A stretch of 31,595 nt of DNA from a virus (lineage: Duplodnaviria; Caudoviricetes): positions 1 through 31,595 of the IMG/VR virus record IMGVR_UViG_3300008217_000040, one strand, 5' to 3'. Under the pieces are notes generated by a model, which did not search any database, was not told the origin of the DNA, and saw only the letters and a program-made list of their open reading frames with translations. Both the position numbers and the translations under genes were made by a program. Every line of letters begins with the position of its first letter. Position 1 is the first letter of the stretch. Shown here in pieces: positions 1 to 9,168 of the stretch.

Positions 1-330
1 ATGTACGCAAGCTCCTCTGGACAGCAAAATAATTTTTCCAGTGAAATCGTATTTATCCCAGACTCCGAGATTTTCTGCATATTCATCGCTGAAAACTACC
101 GCCCCACCGCATACATTTTCAAAGAAAATTCCGTAACAAACTTTTACCATTGCTGGCATACATCCGAGCCATTCGTATTTTTCTATAATTTCATTTGCCT
201 GCCCGTAGCTAATCTCTCTGACCTCAGCCTTTCTGATGTCTGTATCAATCTTTTCCCACCATCTTCCAAATAAATCTTCAGAAGGTTTGAGTGCCTTTTC
301 CTCGCGTATTTTTCTTTGATGGGCTTTGAT
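1..330 (-). CDS. Mom-like DNA (adenine) modification protein, N-terminal part; runs off the left edge of the window
   Basis: Not in the ORF track (no stop in window). Manual translation: KAHQRKIREEKALKPSEDLFGRWWEKIDTDIRKAEVREISYGQANEIIEKYEWLGCMPAMVKVCYGIFFENVCGGAVVFSDEYAENLGVWDKYDFTGKIILLSRGACVH. The YEWLG..CYGIFF..LSRGAC pattern is recalled from phage Mom-like GNAT-fold proteins. The only SD-backed start is ATC at 330. Confidence 0.55.
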   Translation of the reverse strand, partial: MKAHQRKIREEKALKPSEDLFGRWWEKIDTDIRKAEVREISYGQANEIIEKYEWLGCMPAMVKVCYGIFFENVCGGAVVFSDEYAENLGVWDKYDFTGKIILLSRGACVH

Positions 331-351
331 GGGCTTTCCTGTAGTTCGGTT

Positions 352-413
352 AAAAACCCCCCTACCAACCTTGTATACCTATTGGTGATTTCAATAGATG
401 ATTGATAGAGGGG
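352..413 (-). terminator. Intrinsic terminator-like hairpin with internal stem-loop (copy 1)
   Basis: Minus-strand CCCCUCUAUCAAUC...GGUUGGUAGGGGGG followed by U5; inner helix AUCUAUUG/CAAUAGGU. Confidence 0.6.
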
Positions 414-500
414 CGTTGATATGCACCCAAAGAAGTGCTAAAAAAGGTACAACCAACTATTAATAATTTTAACACGATGGTTTTGATCCTTAACCCAAAC

Positions 501-554
501 AAAAAACCCCCCCTACCAATCTCGGTGCACCTACTTGTAAGTTTGGTAGAGGGG
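501..554 (-). terminator. Intrinsic terminator-like hairpin (copy 2)
   Basis: Minus-strand CCCCUCUACCAA...UUGGUAGGGGGG followed by U6, downstream of the 615..950 stop; outer stem nearly identical to copy 1. Confidence 0.65.
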
Positions 555-614
555 TAAAGCAGCCAAGGAACTTGTTGGAGTTACGCCAAGCTGCTTTGAT
601 TGTGGAAATAATTA

Positions 615-950
615 CTAAGCTCCATATCGTTTGCGTTCCTCTCTCGCGGTGACGACCCTAGTGCGCCACTCTTCGAACCCTATCTCGATAGCCTTTAACT
701 GACAGCGTACAGCAGCGAGGTGGCCTTTGGCTTTGGCAAAGTTAATCCTTGCCTGATAGACCTCAGGTTGCACCTCTGCATACCGTTCTTGGGAAGCACT
801 CGTCTTGCACCCATCACCTAGTGCCTCAGTCTTTTTCAAGGCTAGGATTTTTTTTATCTCAGCATCCCACCTGTGGACGCTCTCTTCTGCTTCACGCAAG
901 CCTGCAGAAAAGTTTCTTATTTTATCCATCCAGCTTTCTTCGATTTCCAT
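615..950 (-). CDS. Helical phage protein, possibly UvsY-like recombination mediator
   Basis: 111 aa coiled-coil with SASQERYA..Y and C-terminal FEEWRT..A.ER pattern; lies in recombination gene cluster. Confidence 0.45.
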   Translation of the reverse strand: MEIEESWMDKIRNFSAGLREAEESVHRWDAEIKKILALKKTEALGDGCKTSASQERYAEVQPEVYQARINFAKAKGHLAAVRCQLKAIEIGFEEWRTRVVTAREERKRYGA

Positions 951-953
951 TTA

Positions 954-1169
954 TTATCCCTCTTTCTGCGGAACCAGAATAGCATCGCGATCAGGCCACA
1001 CAACCAGAAGGCCATCTTCTGGAATGCCAACGCAAGTTATTGAGTCCGAGACTTCCACTTTATCTTCTGGATTTGTTTTTCCAAGCATCGTCATTGCTTT
1101 TGAGACTGTTTCGTCCGAAGCATTTGTGCCTTTGATAATTTGAATGTTAGAAACTTTAGAATGGGACAT
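954..1169 (-). CDS. Hypothetical protein
   Basis: Tightly packed ORF in operon; GGAGG upstream of ATG 1169. Confidence 0.65.
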   Translation of the reverse strand: MSHSKVSNIQIIKGTNASDETVSKAMTMLGKTNPEDKVEVSDSITCVGIPEDGLLVVWPDRDAILVPQKEG

Positions 1170-1470
1170 CGTCACCTTCCTCCATAGAAATATCTACGGG
1201 TTCCTCAGCTGCCTTCTCTTGTTTTTTCATCGGAAGATCAACCCTTATAAATTTAAACTCAGTTCCCTTTTCGTTAGAGACCCTGTCCCACATTGCAACT
1301 TTTATTTCAATTGTTGGAGATTTATCCCCACTATTGATTTCGGTCACAATCTCCTTGAGAAGCTCCCTAGTAAGGTCAATCTTTCCAGTCCAATCAGGGT
1401 GGTTTGCACCTTTTTTGAAACTGTTTTTCCATGCTGCCCCGTCTGCCTGTGGTCTACTATTTGTCGTCAT
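1156..1470 (-). CDS. Single-stranded DNA-binding protein (small OB-fold type)
   Basis: G.AWKN..K...HPDWTGKI motif, acidic tail ending DDVPF typical of SSBs; AGGAGG SD. Confidence 0.7.
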   Translation of the reverse strand: MTTNSRPQADGAAWKNSFKKGANHPDWTGKIDLTRELLKEIVTEINSGDKSPTIEIKVAMWDRVSNEKGTEFKFIRVDLPMKKQEKAAEEPVDISMEEGDDVPF

Positions 1471-1481
1471 GTTTTTCCTCC

Positions 1482-1613
1482 TTAGTCATTATCATATTCG
1501 TCACGGTATCTACTTCTTCCTTCTAACACATCAAAGCCAAATCCCCTATACTCCAATTCACAAGAATAGAAAAATTTGCTGATATCGTGCAGATGCTTTT
1601 TTCTTGCACTCAT
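1482..1613 (-). CDS. Small hypothetical protein (43 aa, MSARKKHLHDISKFF...)
   Basis: Below ORF-track cutoff; ATGA overlap with upstream stop, fills the gap exactly. Confidence 0.55.
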   Translation of the reverse strand: MSARKKHLHDISKFFYSCELEYRGFGFDVLEGRSRYRDEYDND

Positions 1614-2467
1614 TTGGAAGTACCCCTCACTTCATCTGGAAATCTGTTCAGATTTTTCTCTAGGGCCTTGTCGAATTCAATCTTGAGTTCTGGAAACTGC
1701 TTGCCCATGATATCTATGTTGTCCTTTTCTGCACGGTACAGGGATCGAAATTTCTTCATAGCTTCATCATCAGTGCCATCGCTAAGAATTGCATCTGAAA
1801 TTTCATTGTAGTCCTCAAGAAATTTGGAAGCCCAAGCCTCATCAAAAACCTTCCCGTTTTTAGTCAGGACTTGGGTCAGTTCTTGCCCGTCTCCAGCCAC
1901 GATGTGGCTGTCGGAAACCTCTGTGACCAGAATTTCTTTTTTGAAATCTGACTGGTCAGTTTTCTTTTCAGCCTTCTTCGGTTTCTTCTTTTTCGATGGT
2001 TCTGGATTTGGTGCTTCTGCTTTCTCGTTGATAGCGTGGTCCACTTCCTCAAAGCTTGCATAACTTCCACCGCTTAGGCCGCAAGCTGCGAGTGACCGGC
2101 CAATCGAACTTGTCAAGCAGTTTTCAACCGCACTGGTCTTATTAACCATGCCAGCGCCACGGAACTCTTCAGCAAAATCGTTAGCAAGTTGTCGCCACGA
2201 GCCATCCACAAAGACGCTGATTACCGTTTCCGTCATAACTTTTGTTTCGTCCGCTTGATGGATGGTTGAAATTATTTTTCCTCTTTCTCCATAAGCTTCA
2301 CGAAAAGCCTGCACACGAACATGGACCTCAGCGTAATATTTTCCTCTGATGTTAACTTTGTCATCATCGCTCAGGGTGGACATATTCTTCACTGCGTCTT
2401 TCAGCGGGTCGTCTATCTTCTTCAGTAGGGTTTCAACCAAAGTTGTCGGTTTTGTTTCTTTGCTCAC
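1610..2467 (-). CDS. Single-strand annealing protein (Rad52/Sak-like superfamily, probable)
   Basis: VNIRGKYYAEVHVRVQAFRE and NKTSAVENCLTSSIGRSLAACG motifs, Lys/Pro linker, position between exonuclease and SSB. Confidence 0.6.
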   Translation of the reverse strand: MSKETKPTTLVETLLKKIDDPLKDAVKNMSTLSDDDKVNIRGKYYAEVHVRVQAFREAYGERGKIISTIHQADETKVMTETVISVFVDGSWRQLANDFAEEFRGAGMVNKTSAVENCLTSSIGRSLAACGLSGGSYASFEEVDHAINEKAEAPNPEPSKKKKPKKAEKKTDQSDFKKEILVTEVSDSHIVAGDGQELTQVLTKNGKVFDEAWASKFLEDYNEISDAILSDGTDDEAMKKFRSLYRAEKDNIDIMGKQFPELKIEFDKALEKNLNRFPDEVRGTSK

Positions 2468-2685
2468 GAATCTTCCTCCTCAACCAGAACTGGTTTCATT
2501 TCAAATGGCTCATTAATAATTACTATTTCCGAGATCACGTTGGCTCCACGATAGGCTCGCGAGACCCAACCCTTCGCATCTTCATCGTCTTTGAAAGGCC
2601 CGAATCCACACGTTAAAGCAAGGTGTGAATTAGGGTCTCCGTATTTTATGACGGCTATGTAGCATCCTTCGAATTCTTCGTCCAT
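2464..2685 (-). CDS. Hypothetical protein
   Basis: GGAGG SD, overlaps both neighbours as in a coupled operon. Confidence 0.65.
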   Translation of the reverse strand: MDEEFEGCYIAVIKYGDPNSHLALTCGFGPFKDDEDAKGWVSRAYRGANVISEIVIINEPFEMKPVLVEEEDS

Positions 2686-3605
2686 TGTTCCCCTCCTTCG
2701 GAGTTTTTAACTTCCTCCTGATACTGGCTGCAAAAATTAGAAACAGGGCAGTAAGCCTTGCAGCGTGTGGCTTCTCCCTTGATAAAAACTATGCTGATAT
2801 CTTTATGAATTTTTTCTGGTACGTTTTTCTTTATCCATTCATTCGCTTCTTCTTCGGACGGCAATCTTCGCATTGCGCTCTTCCGTCCTTTCTTTGTGAC
2901 GCGGAACTCGTCTGGCTTCATCCAGCGTTCTTCGTCAGTACAGACTGGCATTACCCTTATTCCCATTTCCACTGCGATGTCGGTTTCTTTGTGAAGTGCA
3001 ACCCTGTCAGTAAGGAACTTCTCAGTTTTCTCTGTTTCCCAAATTTCAACTGGCAAGGTTGCAATGGGACACTCAGGATAGGGCGATCCGCTTCGTTCAA
3101 ATTCCCAACGATTCCAGTCCCTGCACAAACAAATAATATTTAACTGGTCTATTTTCTTTCCTGTGGATTTCTCGTAGAGATACTTATAGCAATTGAGTTG
3201 GGAGACCCATTCACTTTTAATACCGTTCTTGATTGCGTTCTTGACGGTATAGGAACTGGTTACCTTCCAGTCTTCAAGTTTCTTTTCGGGTACGTTGAGA
3301 TTGTCAATCTGTCCACTTACCTTCTTTCCAAGAATATCCACAGTGAACCTCTGCTCAGTGAGGTTGTCCGTGTAGTTTTCGTTGGCTCTTTCTATTACAG
3401 CATGAATGCCACTGCCGAGTAGTTTCCAGATTTCGTCTGAATAATCAATTGTAATCTCTGGCCTGTACATTTCCTTGAGGACTCGCTGCTGTGGTGGGGT
3501 GATAAGCCCAGTGATGGAAAAATCACTATCCCCCTTGCTGTACTTGTCATTGTGATAAGCGCGGATAATCTCGCTAGGCACGTTAAATTTATTCGTAAAC
3601 TTCAT
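2655..3605 (-). CDS. Cas4-like PD-(D/E)XK exonuclease
   Basis: G..IH..IE, GQID...LEDWK, QLNCY motifs and C-terminal Cys cluster (C..EERW; RCKAYCPVSNFC). Confidence 0.8.
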   Translation of the reverse strand: MKFTNKFNVPSEIIRAYHNDKYSKGDSDFSITGLITPPQQRVLKEMYRPEITIDYSDEIWKLLGSGIHAVIERANENYTDNLTEQRFTVDILGKKVSGQIDNLNVPEKKLEDWKVTSSYTVKNAIKNGIKSEWVSQLNCYKYLYEKSTGKKIDQLNIICLCRDWNRWEFERSGSPYPECPIATLPVEIWETEKTEKFLTDRVALHKETDIAVEMGIRVMPVCTDEERWMKPDEFRVTKKGRKSAMRRLPSEEEANEWIKKNVPEKIHKDISIVFIKGEATRCKAYCPVSNFCSQYQEEVKNSEGGEQWTKNSKDAT

Positions 3606-3835
3606 TCGGGTAAAAACCTTTTAATTGACTTACCCTGATCCCACTCTTCAAGGTCTTTTTTTAACTTTTTATTTTCTGATTTCAATGATTCCATCTTTCT
3701 CTCTTCCTCAATCCGTTTTTTTCTTTCTGCTGCATACTTTTTTTTAAGTGCTTCCACTTGCTTATCAAGATCAGCTTGTTGCCTCTCTTCGTTGTTGACC
3801 TGATGCCAAGCATCAGAGTTGTCTTCAATGGTCAT
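3602..3835 (-). CDS. Hypothetical coiled-coil protein
   Basis: AGGAG SD, ATGA overlap with downstream gene. Confidence 0.65.
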   Translation of the reverse strand: MTIEDNSDAWHQVNNEERQQADLDKQVEALKKKYAAERKKRIEEERKMESLKSENKKLKKDLEEWDQGKSIKRFLPE

Positions 3836-5363
3836 AGTTTTCTCTCCTGATCACTTTGTTATCGATGTCTTTTCCATCTGTCAGTACATGGGGCTTCATT
3901 CCCTTTATCCAAGCATCCCGAACAAATACAACCCGACTGCCCCTTGGTTTTCGTGCGTGTTCTCCCTGATAGTATTTTTCGTGGGTAAGTGTTCTGAAAT
4001 GAAAACGCCTGTATCCGCCTGCTCTGGATGTGAACGACCGCTTGGGTCCTTTCAAATTAAATATTACTGGTCTACTTTTCTTTTTGCTCGGCATTTCCCG
4101 AAGTGACATCGGTATTCCGCCATGCCCGTTCCTCTTTTTGAGAGGCACTCCCTCGATCAGAACTTCGTCTCCCAAGGCTTGGATGTACACTAAAACGGAT
4201 GTAACCAGTCTGGTTATTTCACAGAGTTCTTCTACTGGGCTTTTGTCACCTAGGAACATCTCTTTGCTCGCGTTGCCCTGACCTTCCAGAATTAAATTCA
4301 TAACTTCATCATCGATTTCCTTGTCTCCGCGCCCGTAATTAGCAGTTTTTTGTAACTGGTCAGGAGACACGGAAATTGCACCAGTAGATTCGTTGCCATC
4401 AAAAACAATTGACACTCTTTTGTCGTTGTTTTTGATGTCGTCCTTTGGCGATAATTTAAGGTCAGGATGTCCTCTCATAATTTTTTCCTGCAAATTAAGA
4501 TGCAGTTGATAATATCTTCCAAGTGCCTCTTTCTGAGTAATCCATTCTACTTTTTCTTCTTCTTCTCCAGATAACCCCAGTGAATGAAGTTCTTTGTCGG
4601 TTATCGTAATTGCCCCTCCTTCCACCTGATACTGGACTCCCATCCTTCCAGAATTCCAAGGAATTAGTTCGTTGTCTCCTCTCACGCAACCTAGGAGGTT
4701 TATCAAATGGCAATACCATCGAAAAACCGTTTCCGATCTTGAGGAATAAGAAAAAAGTAAACTGTTCATGGGTTTGCCGTCACGCATAAAATCATTGGGT
4801 ATCATCAGAAGAAAGCTTGGAGTGTCATTCAAAAGCTTGAATCCGTCAGTTTGGTAGTCGGCATCCATGATGCTGTGGAGCAGTTCTGCGGACTCAGGAA
4901 ATATTATATTTTTGGGGGTTGAGTTCAAGTAATGGTTTTCGATTTGCAGTTTTATTTTTTGATTGTCAATTTCAGTATCAGAGAAAAAATCACTATAACC
5001 AGAACTTGTTTTATTAATATCCTCCAGACTGATGGGTATATTATTGGTGTCGTCCAGTTTTGCCACCTTAGACCGATTGTCCCCACTTCCAAGCAAAGCA
5101 ATTCTGCTTGAGGATGTGGTGTCAGCATCTGACAGTCCCTGCACTACCTCGCCCGTGTTCCACTTGTTTGCTCCAGTCTGATGGGCGCACGAAATTTGCT
5201 CAACCAGAAAGCACATCAAGTTCCACGGGTCTAGGTTTGCATGACTGCGCGAAACTGGATGCCACAATTCTGGTTCGTGTTTAGCTGATTTTTTTACTGT
5301 CTTAGCCAGAGAACTGCGGTGTGAATTGGGTTTGACCCACCTCCAAGGGCGGTAATTTTTCAC
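3825..5363 (-). CDS. Hypothetical protein (512 aa)
   Basis: Long ORF; basic C-terminal R.G.RRFHFR..R..FVRDAWIKG pattern of the kind seen in uncharacterised phage proteins. Confidence 0.8.
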   Translation of the reverse strand: MKNYRPWRWVKPNSHRSSLAKTVKKSAKHEPELWHPVSRSHANLDPWNLMCFLVEQISCAHQTGANKWNTGEVVQGLSDADTTSSSRIALLGSGDNRSKVAKLDDTNNIPISLEDINKTSSGYSDFFSDTEIDNQKIKLQIENHYLNSTPKNIIFPESAELLHSIMDADYQTDGFKLLNDTPSFLLMIPNDFMRDGKPMNSLLFSYSSRSETVFRWYCHLINLLGCVRGDNELIPWNSGRMGVQYQVEGGAITITDKELHSLGLSGEEEEKVEWITQKEALGRYYQLHLNLQEKIMRGHPDLKLSPKDDIKNNDKRVSIVFDGNESTGAISVSPDQLQKTANYGRGDKEIDDEVMNLILEGQGNASKEMFLGDKSPVEELCEITRLVTSVLVYIQALGDEVLIEGVPLKKRNGHGGIPMSLREMPSKKKSRPVIFNLKGPKRSFTSRAGGYRRFHFRTLTHEKYYQGEHARKPRGSRVVFVRDAWIKGMKPHVLTDGKDIDNKVIRRENYDH

Positions 5364-5364
5364 T

Positions 5365-5610
5365 TTATTTTATTCTCCAAATCCCCACACCTTCTGGAAG
5401 CTGCCTGATGGTGAATTTTTTAGAAGGATTTTTGTGCGTGTATCTCAGTACAAAATTTCTTATAATTTTCACTTCCTGTCCGATCTGATTCTTCGGAATA
5501 GGAACCAGTACATGGTCACCTGATCCAAGCTCATCCAGATCGAGCGGATATTTTCTAGGCTTTCCTTTCGTTTCTGGAATAGGAACACCGCTCACTACTT
5601 CAAGCTTCAT
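5365..5610 (-). CDS. Small putative DNA-binding protein
   Basis: AGGAGG SD before ATG 5610; VPIP..RKYP....L..GD and GVGIWR pattern. Confidence 0.6.
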   Translation of the reverse strand: MKLEVVSGVPIPETKGKPRKYPLDLDELGSGDHVLVPIPKNQIGQEVKIIRNFVLRYTHKNPSKKFTIRQLPEGVGIWRIK

Positions 5611-5827
5611 TTTGTGCCTCCTTATGATTCTCAATTTTTCTTGAATCCAGTTCCTTTTTCAATTTCCCGATTCTGTTTATCCTAGCTGGAATAACCTTTG
5701 TAAAATTGCAGGCATTGCAGCACCTTCCCTCTTGAACGGGCAGGGAATTGTTTCCTTGGGTCCAGTAGATTTTTCCCTTATCGTCACGGTCTGGGAGGAT
5801 TGGTTTTTTACATATTACACAATTCAT
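5600..5827 (-). CDS. Small zinc-finger protein
   Basis: CVIC...GNN..P...GRCCNACN...VIPAR; GGGGA SD. Confidence 0.7.
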   Translation of the reverse strand: MNCVICKKPILPDRDDKGKIYWTQGNNSLPVQEGRCCNACNFTKVIPARINRIGKLKKELDSRKIENHKEAQNEA

Positions 5828-5836
5828 ATTATCCCC

Positions 5837-6022
5837 CTAAGTTTTTGACCATTCGCAGATTTCAACGGTGAGCCTTCTGTCTTTACATAGAACAGTTACT
5901 TCGCTTTTGCTGAGTTCAGAACCGATGTCGTGGGTTGTGAGATTGACTAGGCCGATTACCAAGTATCCTTGGTGTTCGTTGCCTAGCATGGGTTTTTGAG
6001 CCAATAAAATCTTGGCTTTCAT
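5837..6022 (-). CDS. Hypothetical protein, first gene of the leftward operon
   Basis: AAGGAGG SD, directly downstream of the promoter at 6061-6089. Confidence 0.65.
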   Translation of the reverse strand: MKAKILLAQKPMLGNEHQGYLVIGLVNLTTHDIGSELSKSEVTVLCKDRRLTVEICEWSKT

Positions 6023-6060
6023 ATAGATGCCTCCTTGATGATTTCGATGGGGTGGTGCTG

Positions 6061-6089
6061 ATTATAAAAGAGTTGGTTGGTGGTGACAA
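6061..6089 (-). promoter_or_regulatory. Sigma70-type promoter for the leftward recombination operon
   Basis: TTGTCA (6089-6084), 17 nt, TATAAT (6066-6061). Confidence 0.75.
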
Positions 6090-6106
6090 GCATGAGACAC
6101 AGATGG

Positions 6107-6135
6107 TTGATGGAGCTTTTTTCTGGTGCTAGACT
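6107..6135 (+). promoter_or_regulatory. Sigma70-type promoter for the rightward replication operon
   Basis: TTGATG, 17 nt, TAGACT with TGn extended -10; ATG 6142 lies 6 nt downstream. Confidence 0.55.
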
Positions 6136-6141
6136 TGGGCA

Positions 6142-6414
6142 ATGAATTTCACGGCACTCAAAATTAATTCGGCTATTCTCAAGCAGGCAATCAGAGATGT
6201 TGGAAGTAGTGATTCTGAGCTAAAGAAAAATGGACTAGAATATTTTCTTTCTGATGACTTCCTGAAAATTTCACAGGAGCTTGGCATCGATTCAGGTGGT
6301 GCAAGAAAAAATGTTCTGAGAATTTTAGAATATCCTCAGGTCTCAAGGAAAAGAATTTCAGACTGGATGGCGCGTATGGTGGACAAGAGAATCACAAGGA
6401 AAGCAAATGGCTAG
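6142..6414 (+). CDS. Hypothetical protein
   Basis: AIL.QAIRD...A/G..YF.S.DF pattern of small phage proteins; probably leaderless. Confidence 0.7.
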   Translation: MNFTALKINSAILKQAIRDVGSSDSELKKNGLEYFLSDDFLKISQELGIDSGGARKNVLRILEYPQVSRKRISDWMARMVDKRITRKANG

Positions 6415-6847
6415 CATAGGTGGTTTGATTTTCTTGCACACTCCCCCCAAGCACGGGGAAATTATCAAACCGATCAGAAGGATATTGAGCGTCAAGGTTT
6501 GTTTGGGGTGCGGAATCGAGAGTCCCAGTCTGGGGAAAAATAAATTTTGCAATGCCCTGTGCCTCAAAAAATACCGAACACTCAAACGCAAGAAGCCCCT
6601 GTCTGTTGGCAAGATCAACGTAGGGTTAGATGAGGACATTTACACGCCACCCACACATCTTGGATCGTTTCCGCACGATCTGAAACAAGCACTTGAGTGG
6701 GCAATTTATCAGAATGATATCAACGAGGAATCTTTCTGCCACGACCCACAGCTTGCTGAGTATCACGATTTTGTGAATGACAGCTTCCGCGAGAGGCGCA
6801 TGATCAGGAAAATTTCGAAATTTATTTCATCTTTAGAAGAGGTATAA
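6407..6847 (+). CDS. Hypothetical protein with CxxC...FCxxxC zinc motif
   Basis: CLGC..FCNALC; overlaps the upstream stop. Confidence 0.6.
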   Translation: MASIGGLIFLHTPPKHGEIIKPIRRILSVKVCLGCGIESPSLGKNKFCNALCLKKYRTLKRKKPLSVGKINVGLDEDIYTPPTHLGSFPHDLKQALEWAIYQNDINEESFCHDPQLAEYHDFVNDSFRERRMIRKISKFISSLEEV

Positions 6848-6917
6848 GAATTATATAATAATAATCTTATACTAAGTCTTAGTTAGAACTACTTAGTAAG
6901 AACTATGAGGAGGACCA

Positions 6918-8708
6918 ATGCAAATCCAAGAACGAGAGAAGAGAGAATTTTTTTTAGCACATATCGAAAAACAGCCACCTACCCAAGGACTTCCAATCGG
7001 GCAATTCAAAATCAGCTGTCCAGATTGCCAGTCCCAGAGAAAAAACAAAGCCGACAGGCCCTTGTCGGTGAAGATCGAAAGCGACAGATTGGTTTTCCAC
7101 TGCCACCACTGCGGTGAGCGCGGGTCTGTATTTACCAATAAGACCATAAATTTCAACAACTTGGAGCGTCCTGTTAAGGCTGCCCCAAATATAAAAAATA
7201 TTCCTCCCAACCACCTGTCTGGACAGGCAGCTGATTGGTTGAAGCAACGCGGGATCGACCCAGTCATTGCTGATAAGGCTGGCGCAATCCTCAACCAAAA
7301 GAATAATAAACCAGTAATAGGTTTTCCCTATCTGACAGACGGTAACGTGGACGCAGTAAAGTGGAGGTCTGCCAATGGAGCGAAAACTTTCTGGTGGGAG
7401 GGAAAAGCATCCCGCCTGTGGGGTCAGCAAATTTTCGATCCTGATCTTCCTATTCTGGATGGCATTATTATTACCGAAGGAGAACTCGATTGCCTTGCCG
7501 TGCAAAACGCATTCGCTGGGCACATGAATATCCAGTGTTATTCAGTTCCGAATGGCGCACCGTCAAAAATCTCAGAGAACCGCGTTGCTCCAGAAGAGGA
7601 AGGTAGATTCAAATTCATATGGGAAGAAAGGGACAAGTTCAAAAGCCAGACAAAAATTATCCTAGCTACCGATGCTGACAAATGCGGGGACCTACTCGCT
7701 GCAGAATTAAGCAGAAGATTAAATGCAGGACGATGTACGAGAGTGAGCTACGGGACACACAAGGATGCCAATGAATTACTGATGGCAGATGGCTCGGAAG
7801 CCGTGAGGGAATCCATCATCAATGCAACTCCGATGCCGTTGCACGGGCTGAACGACATTTCCAGTTACCACGAAGAATTCCAGAGGCTCTATGATCAGGG
7901 AGTGCCTAGGGGAATTTCAACTGGCTACACCTCTGTCGATAAGTTATTCAAGCTTACTACCAGCAGTCTAGTTGTGATCAGCGGTTGGCCGTCAGAAGGC
8001 AAGTCAGCTTGGCTCGATTCATTGATCGTAAACGTAGGACGCTCGACTGGACTCAAGACCTGTTTCTGCTCTTTCGAAAAACCTCCAGCCATGCACTCCG
8101 CGCTGTTGTCTCAAGTTCTGATTGGTAAAAGTTTCTTTTCCGATGGCTCTGGACCCCGCATGACACAGTCCGAAAAAGACTGGGCGGCAAGCTGGATCAA
8201 GGATCACATCCTGTTCCAAGATTACAGGTCCGATGAGCTTCCGACCATTGAGAAAATTCTAGAGAAAGCCGAGGGAGCCGTCATGCGTGGCTGCAGAATT
8301 CTCGTAATCGATCCGTTCAATTTCATCCACGCTAAGTCGATTGATACTGATTTTATCTCCAGTGTACTTACCAAAATTCAACTTTTCTGCAGGCATTATG
8401 ACGTTCTTTGCCTTTTTGTGAGCCATCCCGCAAAGCCAAGTTATCGTGACGGCAAGCGTCCATTGGTGGGAGGACTCGATGTGGCTGGATCGATGCACTG
8501 GTTTTCGAAGTGTGACGTTGGATTGACGATCAGGAAAATTGATGATGAAAGACCAGAAGATGGAAACTGTGAGTTGATCGCTTGGAAAGTCAGGTGGGGT
8601 TGGTGCGGAAAGACTGGAAAGGTTTCTCTTATCTTTGACCCAAGGACTGGGCGTTATTCAGAAGTGCAGGGAGATATCGAGGATGAAGACTTCGACTGGT
8701 CCCTGTAG
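6918..8708 (+). CDS. DNA primase-helicase (T7 gp4/Twinkle type)
   Basis: Zn finger CPDC..CHHC, TOPRIM ITEGELD and ATDADKCG, Walker A GWPSEGKS, Walker B LVIDP, SHP motif; GAGGAGG SD. Confidence 0.93.
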   Translation: MQIQEREKREFFLAHIEKQPPTQGLPIGQFKISCPDCQSQRKNKADRPLSVKIESDRLVFHCHHCGERGSVFTNKTINFNNLERPVKAAPNIKNIPPNHLSGQAADWLKQRGIDPVIADKAGAILNQKNNKPVIGFPYLTDGNVDAVKWRSANGAKTFWWEGKASRLWGQQIFDPDLPILDGIIITEGELDCLAVQNAFAGHMNIQCYSVPNGAPSKISENRVAPEEEGRFKFIWEERDKFKSQTKIILATDADKCGDLLAAELSRRLNAGRCTRVSYGTHKDANELLMADGSEAVRESIINATPMPLHGLNDISSYHEEFQRLYDQGVPRGISTGYTSVDKLFKLTTSSLVVISGWPSEGKSAWLDSLIVNVGRSTGLKTCFCSFEKPPAMHSALLSQVLIGKSFFSDGSGPRMTQSEKDWAASWIKDHILFQDYRSDELPTIEKILEKAEGAVMRGCRILVIDPFNFIHAKSIDTDFISSVLTKIQLFCRHYDVLCLFVSHPAKPSYRDGKRPLVGGLDVAGSMHWFSKCDVGLTIRKIDDERPEDGNCELIAWKVRWGWCGKTGKVSLIFDPRTGRYSEVQGDIEDEDFDWSL

Positions 8709-9168
8709 GGAGACTGGCACTCGATGCCTACATAAGAGGCATCGAGTAGGTGTTGACCGACTTGGGCAGGCTGTTGTCCTCGATCAACACGCGATTGACA
8801 GGCTGTATCTTTTGAAACAACTGTCGGCACAGCAGCACAACGTAGCAAACCAGTATTTGGGATTGATTTCGAAATCGGGTGCTTTTGGCGGAAGTGTTTC
8901 TTGGGAAAGAATATTTACTGATCATAATTCTTCTCCGAAACCGTTCCACAGGTCCGTTGTATTACTAAAGGTTCAAAGATTAATTTCCCAAGAATGCGGG
9001 AATGAGGATGAGAAGATTTTCTGGGCATTGATGGTGGGGAATCCCATAGAGATCAGGGATGGAGTCGTAAATGTCGCCCAAAGATGCTGCGACACCTTGA
9101 TTAATTTTTGGGGTCTTGGGGAATCACCTTCTGAAGGCTTTTTGCAAGCTCTACCAGACCATACTTAG
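8683..9168 (+). CDS. Hypothetical protein
   Basis: ORF overlapping the helicase 3' end; start uncertain (8635 or 8683). Confidence 0.65.
   Translation: MKTSTGPCRETGTRCLHKRHRVGVDRLGQAVVLDQHAIDRLYLLKQLSAQQHNVANQYLGLISKSGAFGGSVSWERIFTDHNSSPKPFHRSVVLLKVQRLISQECGNEDEKIFWALMVGNPIEIRDGVVNVAQRCCDTLINFWGLGESPSEGFLQALPDHT

Noticed and set aside
1-368. ORF-track calls 1..273 (+) and 183..368 (-)
   Set aside because: A different minus-strand frame gives a coherent protein running off the window; these are shadow ORFs.
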